From contig CALMKO010000055.1 in the NCBI GenBank assembly GCA_937867415.1, forward strand, positions 2,534 through 66,533: 64,000 nucleotides of DNA, in the 5' to 3' direction. The notes below the pieces were generated by a model that ran no database searches, had not been told where the DNA came from, and worked only from the letters and a program-made list of their open reading frames with translations. Of the stretch, positions 24,045 through 33,736 are shown piece by piece (within the stretch, counting starts at the first letter, position 1; every line of letters starts with the position of its first letter). Source of the DNA: an uncultured Verrucomicrobiota bacterium (GTDB lineage: Bacteria > Verrucomicrobiota > Verrucomicrobiia > Verrucomicrobiales > Akkermansiaceae). The translations under genes were made by a program, and so were the position numbers.

Positions 24045-26105
24045 TTAAAATTCCCATTCCGCGCCCAGCCAGAGCGAGCGTGGGGCTGCCAGCGTGCGTA
24101 GCCCGTCGCGGGTCAGGCCGGTTTGGATTTCCTCGTCCATGAGGTTCTCGATGCGCACTTGGTAAGTCGCGCCGGCGGCCTGCCAGGTGGCGCCGATGCG
24201 AACACTGGTGTAGTCGGGAAGCGAGCGCTGCGCCAAGGCGTCATCAAATTGGGATGAGCCGTATTCCACCTCTGCAAACAGGCCGAGCGCTTCGGTGGCT
24301 TGGTAATGACTGCTCGCCGTGAGCCGCAGATCGGGTGCCTGCGGAAAAGGTTTTCCTTCTAACAACGGTTGTTGGGATGATTCTTCGAAGCGGGTTCTCG
24401 ACCACAAACCGCCCAGGCCGAGGGTCAGGGGAGCGGTGGGCTTCCATTCCAAACTTCCCTCGATGCCGGTCACTTGTGCTTGATCGACATTCTGGCGCTG
24501 CGCCCCGCTGCCACCGGCGGGAATGCTGCCGAAGATGTTAGAAATGGCCCGCGGATCGGTGATGGGGACGTTGGCGATGGCGTCGTTGATCCAGAAATGA
24601 AACGCGGAAGCCTGGGCTTGGAAGCGATCGTCCGGAGTCCAGCGGAGACCACTTTCCAGCTGATAGAAGCGCTCGGGATTCAATTCGGGGTTGGCCTCGA
24701 CGAGATCATTTCGAACGCGGAATGGGCGGTGAAGTTCGTTGAGCGTCGGCAGGCGGAAGCTGGTGCCCGTCGAAAGGTGGACGTTGAGATGGTTGGGCAA
24801 GTCGCGTGAGAACTCGAAGGCAAGGGAGGGCTCGAGCTCATTTCGATCACCTGGGCGATCTGAGCGCAGGGTGTTTCCTGTCGCTTGGGAGGTCTCAAGC
24901 CGCCGTCCGTCGGACAGACTCCAGTGATCAAGCCGGAGGTTGGCATCGAGCCGGGTCGACTCGTCGGGACGATATCCCGCGGCACCGAAGACACCCACCA
25001 AGGCTTGATCGCCCCCAGCCTCGCGCAGGCGGAAGGTGCCGACTTTTTCATGGGTGGCTCCGGATAGGAAGCGGGCATCGGCTCCGCTGGTGAACTCCCA
25101 TTTCTGTCCTTCTTTCCATAGCAGGGTCACCGCGCCGCCGGTCCCTTCACTCGGCACGTCGTATTGATCCAAAGCGAGCGTCTCAGCGGTGCGGGTGGCA
25201 TTCACCGTGCTGAAAATGGATTCGAATTCCCGTTGTTGGTGCCACGCGAGCGCCTGCCATGAGAGATCATCCCGGGTGGCGGTGATGCGCAGCGCCATGT
25301 CCACGGCCTCGGTGGAATTGCCGGTGAGCCGGGTGCCGTTGTTGCGTTCTTCCGTATAGTAGGAGACGCTCGGCTCGATGGTGAGATCGGGTGCGGCCAG
25401 CCAGGCGAACTTGATTTCACCGCCGGAGAGGTCGGTCTCCAGCTTGGTGTCGATCGGGCCGCGCTGGGATGGCGAAAGGGCGTGGAATCCATCCGTATGC
25501 AGGCCGAATGCCGAGAAGGAAATCGCGCGGGTCTTCTCCGGATTGCTTGCCTGGTAGGCCGTGGAGCCCCGGAGCGTGCCCTGGCTGCCACCGCCGATTT
25601 TGAAATGGCCGTGGTCCTCGAAGGTGGGGCGGCTGGTCATTTGAATCACTCCGGCTGGGCTTTGATTTCCCCACAGGGCGGCGCGGGCGGAGGTGACGAT
25701 GCGGATGCTGTCCAAACTCGCCGCATCATAGCGTGCCCAGTAAACCCAGCCGCCGAAGGGATCGTTCTGGGGAATTCCGTCAAGCAGCACCAAGGTCCGT
25801 GATGCGGCGGTGGCTCCGGTGTTGCGCAGGCTTACCCCGGAAGATGTCGGGTTCCCGAACAAGGCCGACTGCCGCCGGTAGAGCGAAAATGAGGGCTCGC
25901 GGGCTAACAGCTCGTCGATGGTGCGCGGATCACTCAGGCGAAGCTGCTCCTGCGTCCACTCCGCCAAGGGCGGCGCGGCGGTGCGGCCAAGCTGCCGCTC
26001 GGCAAGGACCGTCATGGCGGGTAGAAGCTCCGCCGACTGCCCTTGCGCATGGATGGCTCCACCAGCGACCACGAGGGCGATTTTGAAAAAGGGGAGCTTG
26101 TGCAT
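24045..26105 (-). CDS. TonB-dependent outer-membrane receptor
   Basis: Signal peptide; TonB-box-like PAMTVLA; plug SLRNTG...TLVLLDGIP; RLPTLNEL, PELNPE, IENLMD; terminal aromatic WEF. Confidence 0.9.
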   Translation of the reverse strand: MHKLPFFKIALVVAGGAIHAQGQSAELLPAMTVLAERQLGRTAAPPLAEWTQEQLRLSDPRTIDELLAREPSFSLYRRQSALFGNPTSSGVSLRNTGATAASRTLVLLDGIPQNDPFGGWVYWARYDAASLDSIRIVTSARAALWGNQSPAGVIQMTSRPTFEDHGHFKIGGGSQGTLRGSTAYQASNPEKTRAISFSAFGLHTDGFHALSPSQRGPIDTKLETDLSGGEIKFAWLAAPDLTIEPSVSYYTEERNNGTRLTGNSTEAVDMALRITATRDDLSWQALAWHQQREFESIFSTVNATRTAETLALDQYDVPSEGTGGAVTLLWKEGQKWEFTSGADARFLSGATHEKVGTFRLREAGGDQALVGVFGAAGYRPDESTRLDANLRLDHWSLSDGRRLETSQATGNTLRSDRPGDRNELEPSLAFEFSRDLPNHLNVHLSTGTSFRLPTLNELHRPFRVRNDLVEANPELNPERFYQLESGLRWTPDDRFQAQASAFHFWINDAIANVPITDPRAISNIFGSIPAGGSGAQRQNVDQAQVTGIEGSLEWKPTAPLTLGLGGLWSRTRFEESSQQPLLEGKPFPQAPDLRLTASSHYQATEALGLFAEVEYGSSQFDDALAQRSLPDYTSVRIGATWQAAGATYQVRIENLMDEEIQTGLTRDGLRTLAAPRSLWLGAEWEF

Positions 26106-26164
26106 CGGCCATCAGGATACGCACGGGAAATCGAGGTTTTTCCTTCCCTGCTGGCAAGCGGGAC

Positions 26165-26590
26165 TCAGGCGCACTGGGGACACACCCCGAAAAACTCCAG
26201 CTCGTGGTAGAGGTTTTTATATCCGGTCTTTTCTCGGATCTCGTCTTCCAGTTGATGGACCGGGCAGGGGGCCTTGATGGGTTCGATACTGCCGCAACTC
26301 GTGCAGATTAGATAATCGCTGTGTTTCCCGGGAAGAATGAGGGTGAAATAAGCGGCTCGCTCATGCAGCCCGAGTCGCCGGATCACTCCATGCTCCGTAA
26401 GTCGCTGGAGCAAACGGAAAACCGTGGCTTTGTCACACTGCTCGGTGAGGCGGTCTGAACTGGCCAGCTCGGAAAGTGTCATCGGGCGGGGACTTTCCAA
26501 CAGCGTTGCCAACAATTCCTCGAGGGCCTTGGTGCGTCGCAAGCCCGCAGTGCGGCAGCGACTGATGGTTTCTTTGATCGTGACTTTCAT
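26165..26590 (-). CDS. Fur-family transcriptional regulator
   Basis: GLRRTKA, DKATVFRLL (ATVYR-like), LICTSCG and GVCPQC. Confidence 0.9.
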   Translation of the reverse strand: MKVTIKETISRCRTAGLRRTKALEELLATLLESPRPMTLSELASSDRLTEQCDKATVFRLLQRLTEHGVIRRLGLHERAAYFTLILPGKHSDYLICTSCGSIEPIKAPCPVHQLEDEIREKTGYKNLYHELEFFGVCPQCA

Positions 26591-26619
26591 GACTGGCCAA
26601 CAATAGACTTTGATGCGAA

Positions 26620-27651
26620 TTAAAACAAGCTTGCTTGCGAATCATCCGTGCGAATGGCTGGTAAAGGCGCTCCGATCTTCTCGTAAGCGGCGGGCATGGC
26701 GGTGCGCCCCCGAGGGGTGCGCATCAGGAACCCCTGCATGATGAGGAAGGGTTCGTGCACCTCCTCAAGGGTCGCGGCATCTTCTCCGACGGCCACCGCC
26801 AGCGAGTTCAGTCCGACCGGTCCGCCGTTGAATTTGTAAATCAGGACTTCGAGCAGGCGCTTGTCCATTTCATCGAGCCCCTGGGAGTCGATCTCGATCA
26901 TGGCGAGCGCGGCGTCTGCGATGCTTCCATCGATGAAGCCCTTGCCACGGACCTGGGCATAATCACGGACCCAGCGCAGCAAGGCATTTGCCACCCGCGG
27001 GGTGCCGCGTGATCTTGAGGCGACCTCCAGCGCGCCATTGCGCTCGATCGGCACATCCAGCAGTCCGGCGGAACGCTCGATGATCTGCGCCAATTCATCG
27101 TGGGTGTAGTAATCCAGTCGATTCGCCAAGCCGAAGCGCGAACGGAGCGGGGCCGTGAGCATCCCGGAGCGTGTGGTGGCTCCGACGAGCGTGAAGCGGG
27201 GCAGGTTGATCTGAATCGAGCGTGCGGAGGGGCCGGAATCAATGATGATGTCCAGCCGGAAATCCTCCATCGCGGGGTAGAGATACTCCTCAATCGCCGG
27301 GTGAAGGCGGTGGATTTCATCGATGAATAGGATGTCGCCCTTCTGGATGTTGGTCAAAATTCCCGCGAGATCACCGGCTTTTTCAATCTGCGGGCCTGAA
27401 GTGGTGTGGAGTTGGGTACCCGCCGCGCGGGCGATCAGGTTGGCAAGCGTCGTCTTTCCCAAGCCGGGCGGCCCGGAAAGCAGTACGTGATCGAGCACGT
27501 CTCCCCGGCCTTTTGCGGCTTCCAGCATCAACAGCAGCCGATCTTTGACCTTTTCCTGTCCGATAAATTCTGAAAATGCCGGTGGCCGCAGAGACACGTC
27601 GAAGGGGGTCGCCGGGGCAGTGGTGGTTTGTTGGTAGAAGTTTTCGGACAT
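26620..27651 (-). CDS. ruvB: Holliday junction branch migration ATPase RuvB
   Basis: [52 protein letters not shown]. Likely start ATG 27651 (track ORF extends upstream). Confidence 0.97.
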   Translation of the reverse strand: MSENFYQQTTTAPATPFDVSLRPPAFSEFIGQEKVKDRLLLMLEAAKGRGDVLDHVLLSGPPGLGKTTLANLIARAAGTQLHTTSGPQIEKAGDLAGILTNIQKGDILFIDEIHRLHPAIEEYLYPAMEDFRLDIIIDSGPSARSIQINLPRFTLVGATTRSGMLTAPLRSRFGLANRLDYYTHDELAQIIERSAGLLDVPIERNGALEVASRSRGTPRVANALLRWVRDYAQVRGKGFIDGSIADAALAMIEIDSQGLDEMDKRLLEVLIYKFNGGPVGLNSLAVAVGEDAATLEEVHEPFLIMQGFLMRTPRGRTAMPAAYEKIGAPLPAIRTDDSQASLF

Positions 27652-27821
27652 CAGCGTTGCCGATGCGAGTTGAGCGGAGATCCGAGCGGCTGAGAAGCGC
27701 AGAATTTCACCACCGCGCACCCGCATGCGGCACGGCACGGATCTTGCCCGCAGGCGGCGCTTGAATGGGCGATGATTAAAATTGACGCAGGCCATCGAAT
27801 TAGGTTAGAGATTCCATGTAA

Positions 27822-28790
27822 ATGAATGTTCGAGAATATCTCCGGCAAGCGATCCAAGCCGTATTTGCGGGAGCATTCATTGCCTCGGTAGGCTGCCAGC
27901 CTGAGAAAACACAGGCGGAGTGGTGGCAGGGCGAGCGCGAACGCGTCGAGCTGGAGCAGGAACTTGCACTGAAGGCCTATCGCTTGAGTCAATCCCAGGG
28001 TGACGAAATGACAAGCTACAGGGATTTGCAGGACTCGGCGCGGGAATGCAAAGTGGCGTTGAGTTCTTTACGGCTGCGCCGGGACCAGTTGTCGGGTGAA
28101 GTTGCCGCATTTGAAGGTAAACGGATCCAGTTTCGGGACACGCTCATCCAAGAACAACGGCAGCGGGTGATCGGGAAAACCTTTGATAAGCTCAAACTCG
28201 CCACGGGGAGGGAATATGAAAAGGTGGTGGTCGCGCAAATCGATGACGCCGGGGTGACGGTCCGGCACCCCGCTGGCTCCGTGCGTATCGGCTTCAATGA
28301 TCTGGATGTCGGGCAACAAGCGTTCTTCGGATTGGACCCGGATTTGGCGATGGCTGCCAACACCCGGGAACGCCGGGAAAGCGCGGCGTATGATGAGTGG
28401 ATCTCCGGGCAGCTGCTGGCCATCCAGGAGGCTGGCGACTCCCAAGCGGGAGCGGCCAATCACAGCTTCGCGAGGAACGACCGCAAATACTCGAGCCGCC
28501 TCGCGCGGGAGGCAGCCATTTCACGTGAGCGGCCTCTGGCCCAAAGCGCATCTTATGTCGGTGGCAGATCGTCCAGGGGCGGGCGTGGAGTCACGTTCTA
28601 TCAGGTTTATCGGCCGGTCTATCGTTACGGCTACGGCAGTTCATGCGGAAGCGATGGTTCCCCAAGGTATGCGGTCCGTTCCGGCGTTTCGCCCGTCCAG
28701 TCCAACCGGGGTGGTCCGGGGTGTTCGTCGGTGGCTGAGCCTCTGCGAACGCGGAACACCGCGCCCTCAGTCATCCCATCAGAACCATGA
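27822..28790 (+). CDS. Hypothetical probable lipoprotein: coiled coil, shared ~55-aa domain, low-complexity tail
   Basis: Hydrophobic leader ending ASVGC (weak lipobox); coiled coil; domain GKTFDKLKLATGREYEKVVV...HPAGSVRIGFNDL. ATGA overlap with next gene. Confidence 0.7.
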   Translation: MNVREYLRQAIQAVFAGAFIASVGCQPEKTQAEWWQGERERVELEQELALKAYRLSQSQGDEMTSYRDLQDSARECKVALSSLRLRRDQLSGEVAAFEGKRIQFRDTLIQEQRQRVIGKTFDKLKLATGREYEKVVVAQIDDAGVTVRHPAGSVRIGFNDLDVGQQAFFGLDPDLAMAANTRERRESAAYDEWISGQLLAIQEAGDSQAGAANHSFARNDRKYSSRLAREAAISRERPLAQSASYVGGRSSRGGRGVTFYQVYRPVYRYGYGSSCGSDGSPRYAVRSGVSPVQSNRGGPGCSSVAEPLRTRNTAPSVIPSEP

Positions 28791-29113
28791 AGTCATTTGA
28801 TTCCACGCGAGCGCTTGTTTTTTGTTCCAGTCTTTTCATCATCTCATGCGGCGATGATCCAAAAATGGTGGAGAAGCGCGAGCAGCAGAAAGCGGAGATT
28901 TCCAAGCTGCGGGGTGAAATCGCATTGATCGAAGAAAAACTCAAAAATCTCCCACCCGATGTGTCGGCCGACCTCGCGGCCACCCGCGATCTTGTGGAAA
29001 AACAGCAGTCCGAAGTGGCGGTTTTGGAAAAGGAGGTCGCCGTGCTCGAGGAGCGCAAGCGCGAGCTTCAGAACGAGTTCGATTCCTACAAGATCAAGTA
29101 TCAACTGAAGTAA
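28787..29113 (+). CDS. Hypothetical coiled-coil lipoprotein
   Basis: Lipobox LFIISC; the remainder is heptad-rich (EISKLRGEIALIEEKL; EVAVLEKEVAVLEERKRELQNEF). Confidence 0.75.
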   Translation: MKSFDSTRALVFCSSLFIISCGDDPKMVEKREQQKAEISKLRGEIALIEEKLKNLPPDVSADLAATRDLVEKQQSEVAVLEKEVAVLEERKRELQNEFDSYKIKYQLK

Positions 29114-29131
29114 ACCACACCACTGAAGTAT

Positions 29132-30043
29132 ATGTCTTTTACCGATATGATGTCGAGCGGTCGTGGGCCGGGTGTGATTGGGATGGTGATGGCTCTTTTT
29201 GTCCTGCTTGGATTCGGGCTATTGTTCATGCTTGCATTTGATGAAGGATTTCAAGGAGGTGATCTCTCCATTGAAAGCTTGGTCGCGCAACAGGCGAAGG
29301 ATATTGAAAAGTCGCGGGAAACCATCAAGGCCGGACAGGAACTTCTGGACATGGGGCCTGCCAGGGTTTCAAAGGCCAAAGAACTGGCATCGTTGAAGTC
29401 GAAGCATCAGGGATTGAAGGATGCCTCCATCCTGCTGAATCGCAATCTCGCAAAAGGCGAAAGCGAGCTCGGGCTTCTTCAGAAAGCCTTCGAGGACTAT
29501 AAGAATGACTACCGCAGCTTTGTCCGGGGCAAGGCAAAGGGGGAAACCATGGCGAAACTCGTGACCCGCAGTGGCGTGGTCTATGATGAGGTTAATATCC
29601 GCGAGGTGTCGGCCATCGGCATCCAAATCCGCCATAGCGGTGGCCAGAAACGGATCCCGTTCGAGGATTTACCCGAGGAGATGCAGGATCACTTCCAGTA
29701 TGACCCCAACCAACAAGCTGCCGCAGTCGCCTCCGAGAATGCGGATCGGGCGATTCATGACGCGGCGGTCGCCGTGACGGATGAACAACAAAAGACGGCC
29801 ATGGCCGCCGCCCAGGCGAAAGAGGCGGCCGCCAAAAAAGTCCGCACTGCCAGCGTGATCGCGGCTAAAATCACCCAAGCGGGAAATCTCGAAGACCAGA
29901 TCGAGCAGATGGAAAAAGCCATTCAGGCCGAGGGCAAAAAAACCCTGAGTCGCGCGGGAATCATGAGCGTTGAGCTTGCCAACATGCAGCGCCAACTCAC
30001 GGAATTGAGGACGCAAATCTCAACTTTCCAAAGTCAGCCCTAG
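29132..30043 (+). CDS. Hypothetical membrane-anchored coiled-coil protein with shared ~55-aa domain
   Basis: N-terminal TM (VIGMVMALFVLLGFGLLFMLAF); coiled coil; domain GETMAKLVTRSGVVYDEV...HSGGQKRIPFEDL; second coiled coil. Confidence 0.75.
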   Translation: MSFTDMMSSGRGPGVIGMVMALFVLLGFGLLFMLAFDEGFQGGDLSIESLVAQQAKDIEKSRETIKAGQELLDMGPARVSKAKELASLKSKHQGLKDASILLNRNLAKGESELGLLQKAFEDYKNDYRSFVRGKAKGETMAKLVTRSGVVYDEVNIREVSAIGIQIRHSGGQKRIPFEDLPEEMQDHFQYDPNQQAAAVASENADRAIHDAAVAVTDEQQKTAMAAAQAKEAAAKKVRTASVIAAKITQAGNLEDQIEQMEKAIQAEGKKTLSRAGIMSVELANMQRQLTELRTQISTFQSQP

Positions 30044-30059
30044 GCACTCGGAGTTTTCG

Positions 30060-30656
30060 ATGCAGTTCAACGATGATCAATCCGGCGTTCCAACCTTCAT
30101 GGTCGGGATTGTCATCCTAGTGATGGCCGGTGTCGCGCTCTCGATCTTGGTGGATAAGCGCGCCAAGGCCTCCAGTGAATTCGGAGACCTCCAAAAGGAG
30201 ATTCGGGTGAATGACGAGCTTGTCGGGGATCTGAAGTTTCAGCGCGAGGAGCGCGCCGCGCTGCTTCAGAAATCCGGAGGCAAGCGGCGAGGTCAGGCAG
30301 CGCAGCTTGTCGAGCTCGGGCAACAGGCGAAATCCCTCAAACAACAATCGGCCACAGCCCTTGCCAAGAGCCGTGAGCTGTCCTCCGCAATCACGTCCTT
30401 GGAGTCGGAATCCCTCCGCTACCGCAACGCCTATCGGCAAAAATCATGGGCAATGGCGGTCGGTGAGAAGTTGGGAACTCTCAAGCTGAAGAGCGGTCGT
30501 GAATATGAAGGGGTAACGATCAGCCGGGTCACGGAGGCGGGTTTGGAAATCAGTCATCACAGTGGAATCGCAAGGATTCCAGCGCAAGAGCTCGATCGTA
30601 CCCTCCGCGAGCGTTTCCAATTCAAAAACCAGGAATTACCCAAGCTCGTGAAGTAA
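30060..30656 (+). CDS. Hypothetical membrane-anchored coiled-coil protein with shared ~55-aa domain
   Basis: N-terminal TM (FMVGIVILVMAGVALSILV); coiled coil; domain GEKLGTLKLKSGREYEGV...HHSGIARIPAQEL. Confidence 0.75.
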   Translation: MQFNDDQSGVPTFMVGIVILVMAGVALSILVDKRAKASSEFGDLQKEIRVNDELVGDLKFQREERAALLQKSGGKRRGQAAQLVELGQQAKSLKQQSATALAKSRELSSAITSLESESLRYRNAYRQKSWAMAVGEKLGTLKLKSGREYEGVTISRVTEAGLEISHHSGIARIPAQELDRTLRERFQFKNQELPKLVK

Positions 30657-30974
30657 GGGGCACTCGCGGCAACCACGGGGCCCAGCTCAAGCATCCACTC
30701 CCGATTCGCCCGGGTGTCGTGTAAAACACCACCCGGCGGCTGGGAGGCCGCGGCCCGTCCTCACCGGATCGATGAAACTTGGATTTTTCATCAATCATTT
30801 GTAGAGTCTTTGGAATTCTCATTTCATTCCCCACCTTGACCTGCTTTCATCGCTGCGGCGAACTACCCGTTTCCCTATTGATTCATGCCCTGGACCGAAC
30901 CTGCCACTTTCGAAGATCGCCGCGTTGTTGTAGAGGTGGTTTCGTCAGCACACACCCTTATTTGACCCGCATTG

Positions 30975-32429
30975 ATGTCGAACTCTCAAGAATCTTCGGT
31001 GGGCGCGGAATGGTGCCTGGAGCACTCGTATTCCGAGCTTCCAACGCTGTTCCATCAGAAGGCGATGCCGGTGGCGGTCAAGGATCCTCGACTGGTGGTT
31101 TTCAATCATCGATTCGCGGAGAGACTCGGTCTGGCCATGGATCCGCCGGTGAAGGTCTTTGCGGGTAATGAATTGCCGGCGGGGGCGCGTCCGATCGCGC
31201 AGGCTTATGCCGGGCATCAGTTCGGCCACTTCACAACTCTGGGTGACGGGCGGGCGATCTTGCTTGGAGAACAACTCGCGCCGGACGGACGGCGCTGGGA
31301 TATCCAGCTCAAGGGGGCCGGGCGGACCGCTTTTTCCCGTGGGGGGGATGGCCGGGCGGCGCTTGGTCCGATGCTGCGTGAATACATCATCAGCGAGGCG
31401 ATGCATGGTCTGGGGATTCCCACCACGCGCAGTCTGGCGGTGGTGGCCACGGGTGAGGATGTGCGGCGGCAGGATATTCTTCCGGGAGCGGTTCTCACCC
31501 GGGTGGCCTCCAGTCATATCCGCGTGGGGACCTTCGAGTGGGCGGCGGCAAATCGGGATCAATCCGCCTTGCGGGCCTTGGCGGACTATACCATCAGACG
31601 CCACTTTCCGGCATTGGCAACGCTGGAGAATCCCTATCAGTTTCTCCTGGGTGCCGTGGTCGGGCGCCAGGCGGCGCTTGTCGCGCAGTGGCAGTGCGTG
31701 GGCTTCATCCACGGGGTGATGAATACCGACAACATGGCGATCTCGGGTGAGACGATCGACTACGGTCCCTGCGCTTTCATGGATGGCTATGATCCGGCGA
31801 CGGTCTTCAGCTCGATTGATCACCGCGGGCGCTATGCGTATGGGAACCAGCCACGGATCGCGCAGTGGAATCTTGCGCGGCTGGCTGAAGCCTTGCTGCC
31901 ACTGCTGCACGAGGATGAGGAGAAAGCGATCGAGGTGGGGACTTTGCAGATTGAGTCCTTCGGGGATTTGTTCGAGCGCGAGTGGCTCGGGCGGATGAGG
32001 GCCAAGCTGGGATTGTTTGCCGAAGAGGCGGGAGACCGGGCCTTGATTGAGGCCTTGCTTGAGTGGATGCGGGAAAGCCGGGCGGATTTCACCCATACGT
32101 TCCGGGAGCTCAGTCGGTCGGAGACGGCAAGGATCCTTCTGGAAAGCCAACAGGATTGGCAGCAGCAGTGGCATGCCCGGTTAGGGCGGCAGGAGCAGAG
32201 CCTGGCGGAGGCGGAGGCCTTGATGCTGGCCAGCAATCCGGCCTGCATTCCCAGAAACTACCGGGTGGAGGAGGCTCTGGCAGCGGCTTCCGACATGGGG
32301 GATCTTTCGGTCATGGAGGAATTGTTGGAGGTCCTTGGGAACCCTTACGATGTCAGGTGGGATGACTCAGAATACCGCCTGCCTCCTGCGCCTGGGGCGG
32401 GTGTCTATCAGACGTTCTGCGGCACTTGA
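30975..32429 (+). CDS. selO: Protein adenylyltransferase SelO (YdiU family)
   Basis: AQAYAGHQFG, LGDGRAILLGE, IQLKGAG, GDGRA, GFIHGVMNTDN, IDYGP; C-terminal YQTFCGT with Cys (TGC). Confidence 0.95.
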   Translation: MSNSQESSVGAEWCLEHSYSELPTLFHQKAMPVAVKDPRLVVFNHRFAERLGLAMDPPVKVFAGNELPAGARPIAQAYAGHQFGHFTTLGDGRAILLGEQLAPDGRRWDIQLKGAGRTAFSRGGDGRAALGPMLREYIISEAMHGLGIPTTRSLAVVATGEDVRRQDILPGAVLTRVASSHIRVGTFEWAAANRDQSALRALADYTIRRHFPALATLENPYQFLLGAVVGRQAALVAQWQCVGFIHGVMNTDNMAISGETIDYGPCAFMDGYDPATVFSSIDHRGRYAYGNQPRIAQWNLARLAEALLPLLHEDEEKAIEVGTLQIESFGDLFEREWLGRMRAKLGLFAEEAGDRALIEALLEWMRESRADFTHTFRELSRSETARILLESQQDWQQQWHARLGRQEQSLAEAEALMLASNPACIPRNYRVEEALAAASDMGDLSVMEELLEVLGNPYDVRWDDSEYRLPPAPGAGVYQTFCGT

Positions 32430-33736
32430 GCGGCGCAGTTTACACCATCCACCCACAACTTCTCGACCCGGGCGCGGCTACCCCGGAAGACGAGGGTGCT
32501 GAGGACTTCATCGGCTGGACGATCTAACAGGAATTCGCCATACGGCAGCACGCCTGTGGTGTCCCAGAGGACGCAGTCCGCCGCTTGGCCGGGGGCGAGT
32601 TTGCCGCGGTGCGTGGCATCACCCAAGACGGTGGCCCCGCCAACGGTGGCGGCGTGGAACAGGCGGGGTAGGGATGGGACAGCCGGGTGCGCATGTTCCG
32701 CAGCGCGGGAGGCGTGGGAGTAGAATGCGGCTTTCATGACTTCCCATGGCGAGAGTTCGGGACCACCGGCGACGTCGTTGCCGAGGGCCCACTGGATTCC
32801 TGAGGCATCGAGGGATTTCCAGTCCATCACGCCGCTTTGGAGAAACAGATTCGAGCTTGGACAATGGGCGACCTTGGTGCGGGTGGCGGCCAGGATCTGG
32901 CGTTCCCTCGCATTCAGATGGATCGCGTGGCCCATCAGGGTGCGTTCGCCTAACATGCCTGCTTGTTCGTAGATGCCGGTGTAGTCGGGTGCCTTGGGAA
33001 ACAACTCCGCGACGACGCGGAGTTCCTCCCGATTTTCCGAGAGGTGGGTCTGGATGAAAGCGCCGCTCTGGCTGGCGAGCGTGGCGGCCTTTTGCATGAG
33101 TTCCATCGAGCAGGCGACGGCGAAGCGCGGACTGAAGGCATAGCGCAAGCGGCCACCCGCCGCGCCATGCCAGCGGGCGCACAGGCGCTCACTGCCCTCG
33201 ATCGCGGCGGTGAGACGCCCGGTGGGGGTGAGGTCGCTGTACGACAGGCGGTCCATCATCATCTGGCCCAGAACGACACGCAGGCCGGATGCCTCGGCGT
33301 GCACAAAGGATTCGTGGGTGGAGTCTTCATGGATCGATGAAAACAAGACCGAAGTCGTGATGCCATTTTGTTTGAGTTCATCGAAAAAGCGGGGCGCGTG
33401 ATCACGCGCACGCTCGACGGAAAAGGCCTTTTCCGCCGGGAAGACGAAACGGTTGAGCCACGGCAGCAGTTCATGGCCCGCCCGGGCCAGGACCGGGTAT
33501 TGCGGCAGGTGCGCGTGGACATCGACAAAGCCTGGCAAGAGCAGGTGCCTCCGGTGGTCTTCCCAAGTGATGTTTTCCAATTGCGGCCGTTGATCCCACT
33601 CGCCGGCGAACACGATCCGGCCCGTCTGCTCCCAAGCGATCGCGCCATCCCGCACGAAGCGGATTTCTTCCTCGCCGACTGCTGAGATCCAGGCGCAGCG
33701 CAGGCCGGTGTGGGTTGCTGGCGGTTTTTCACTCAT
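32408..33736 (-). CDS. guaD: Guanine deaminase (amidohydrolase superfamily)
   Basis: PGFVDVHAHLPQY, WLNRFVFPAE, YAFSPRFA, IQTHLSEN, HCPSSNLFLQSG, GNDVAGG. Confidence 0.88.
   Translation of the reverse strand: MSEKPPATHTGLRCAWISAVGEEEIRFVRDGAIAWEQTGRIVFAGEWDQRPQLENITWEDHRRHLLLPGFVDVHAHLPQYPVLARAGHELLPWLNRFVFPAEKAFSVERARDHAPRFFDELKQNGITTSVLFSSIHEDSTHESFVHAEASGLRVVLGQMMMDRLSYSDLTPTGRLTAAIEGSERLCARWHGAAGGRLRYAFSPRFAVACSMELMQKAATLASQSGAFIQTHLSENREELRVVAELFPKAPDYTGIYEQAGMLGERTLMGHAIHLNARERQILAATRTKVAHCPSSNLFLQSGVMDWKSLDASGIQWALGNDVAGGPELSPWEVMKAAFYSHASRAAEHAHPAVPSLPRLFHAATVGGATVLGDATHRGKLAPGQAADCVLWDTTGVLPYGEFLLDRPADEVLSTLVFRGSRARVEKLWVDGVNCAAQVPQNV

Noticed and set aside
30710-30736. Bulged hairpin after the four-gene operon
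   Set aside because: No U-tract on either side, so it cannot be supported as an intrinsic terminator.
32408-32429. Selenocysteine recoding in SelO
   Set aside because: The C-terminal motif is TFCGT with a TGC codon; the TGA that follows is at the normal end of the family.
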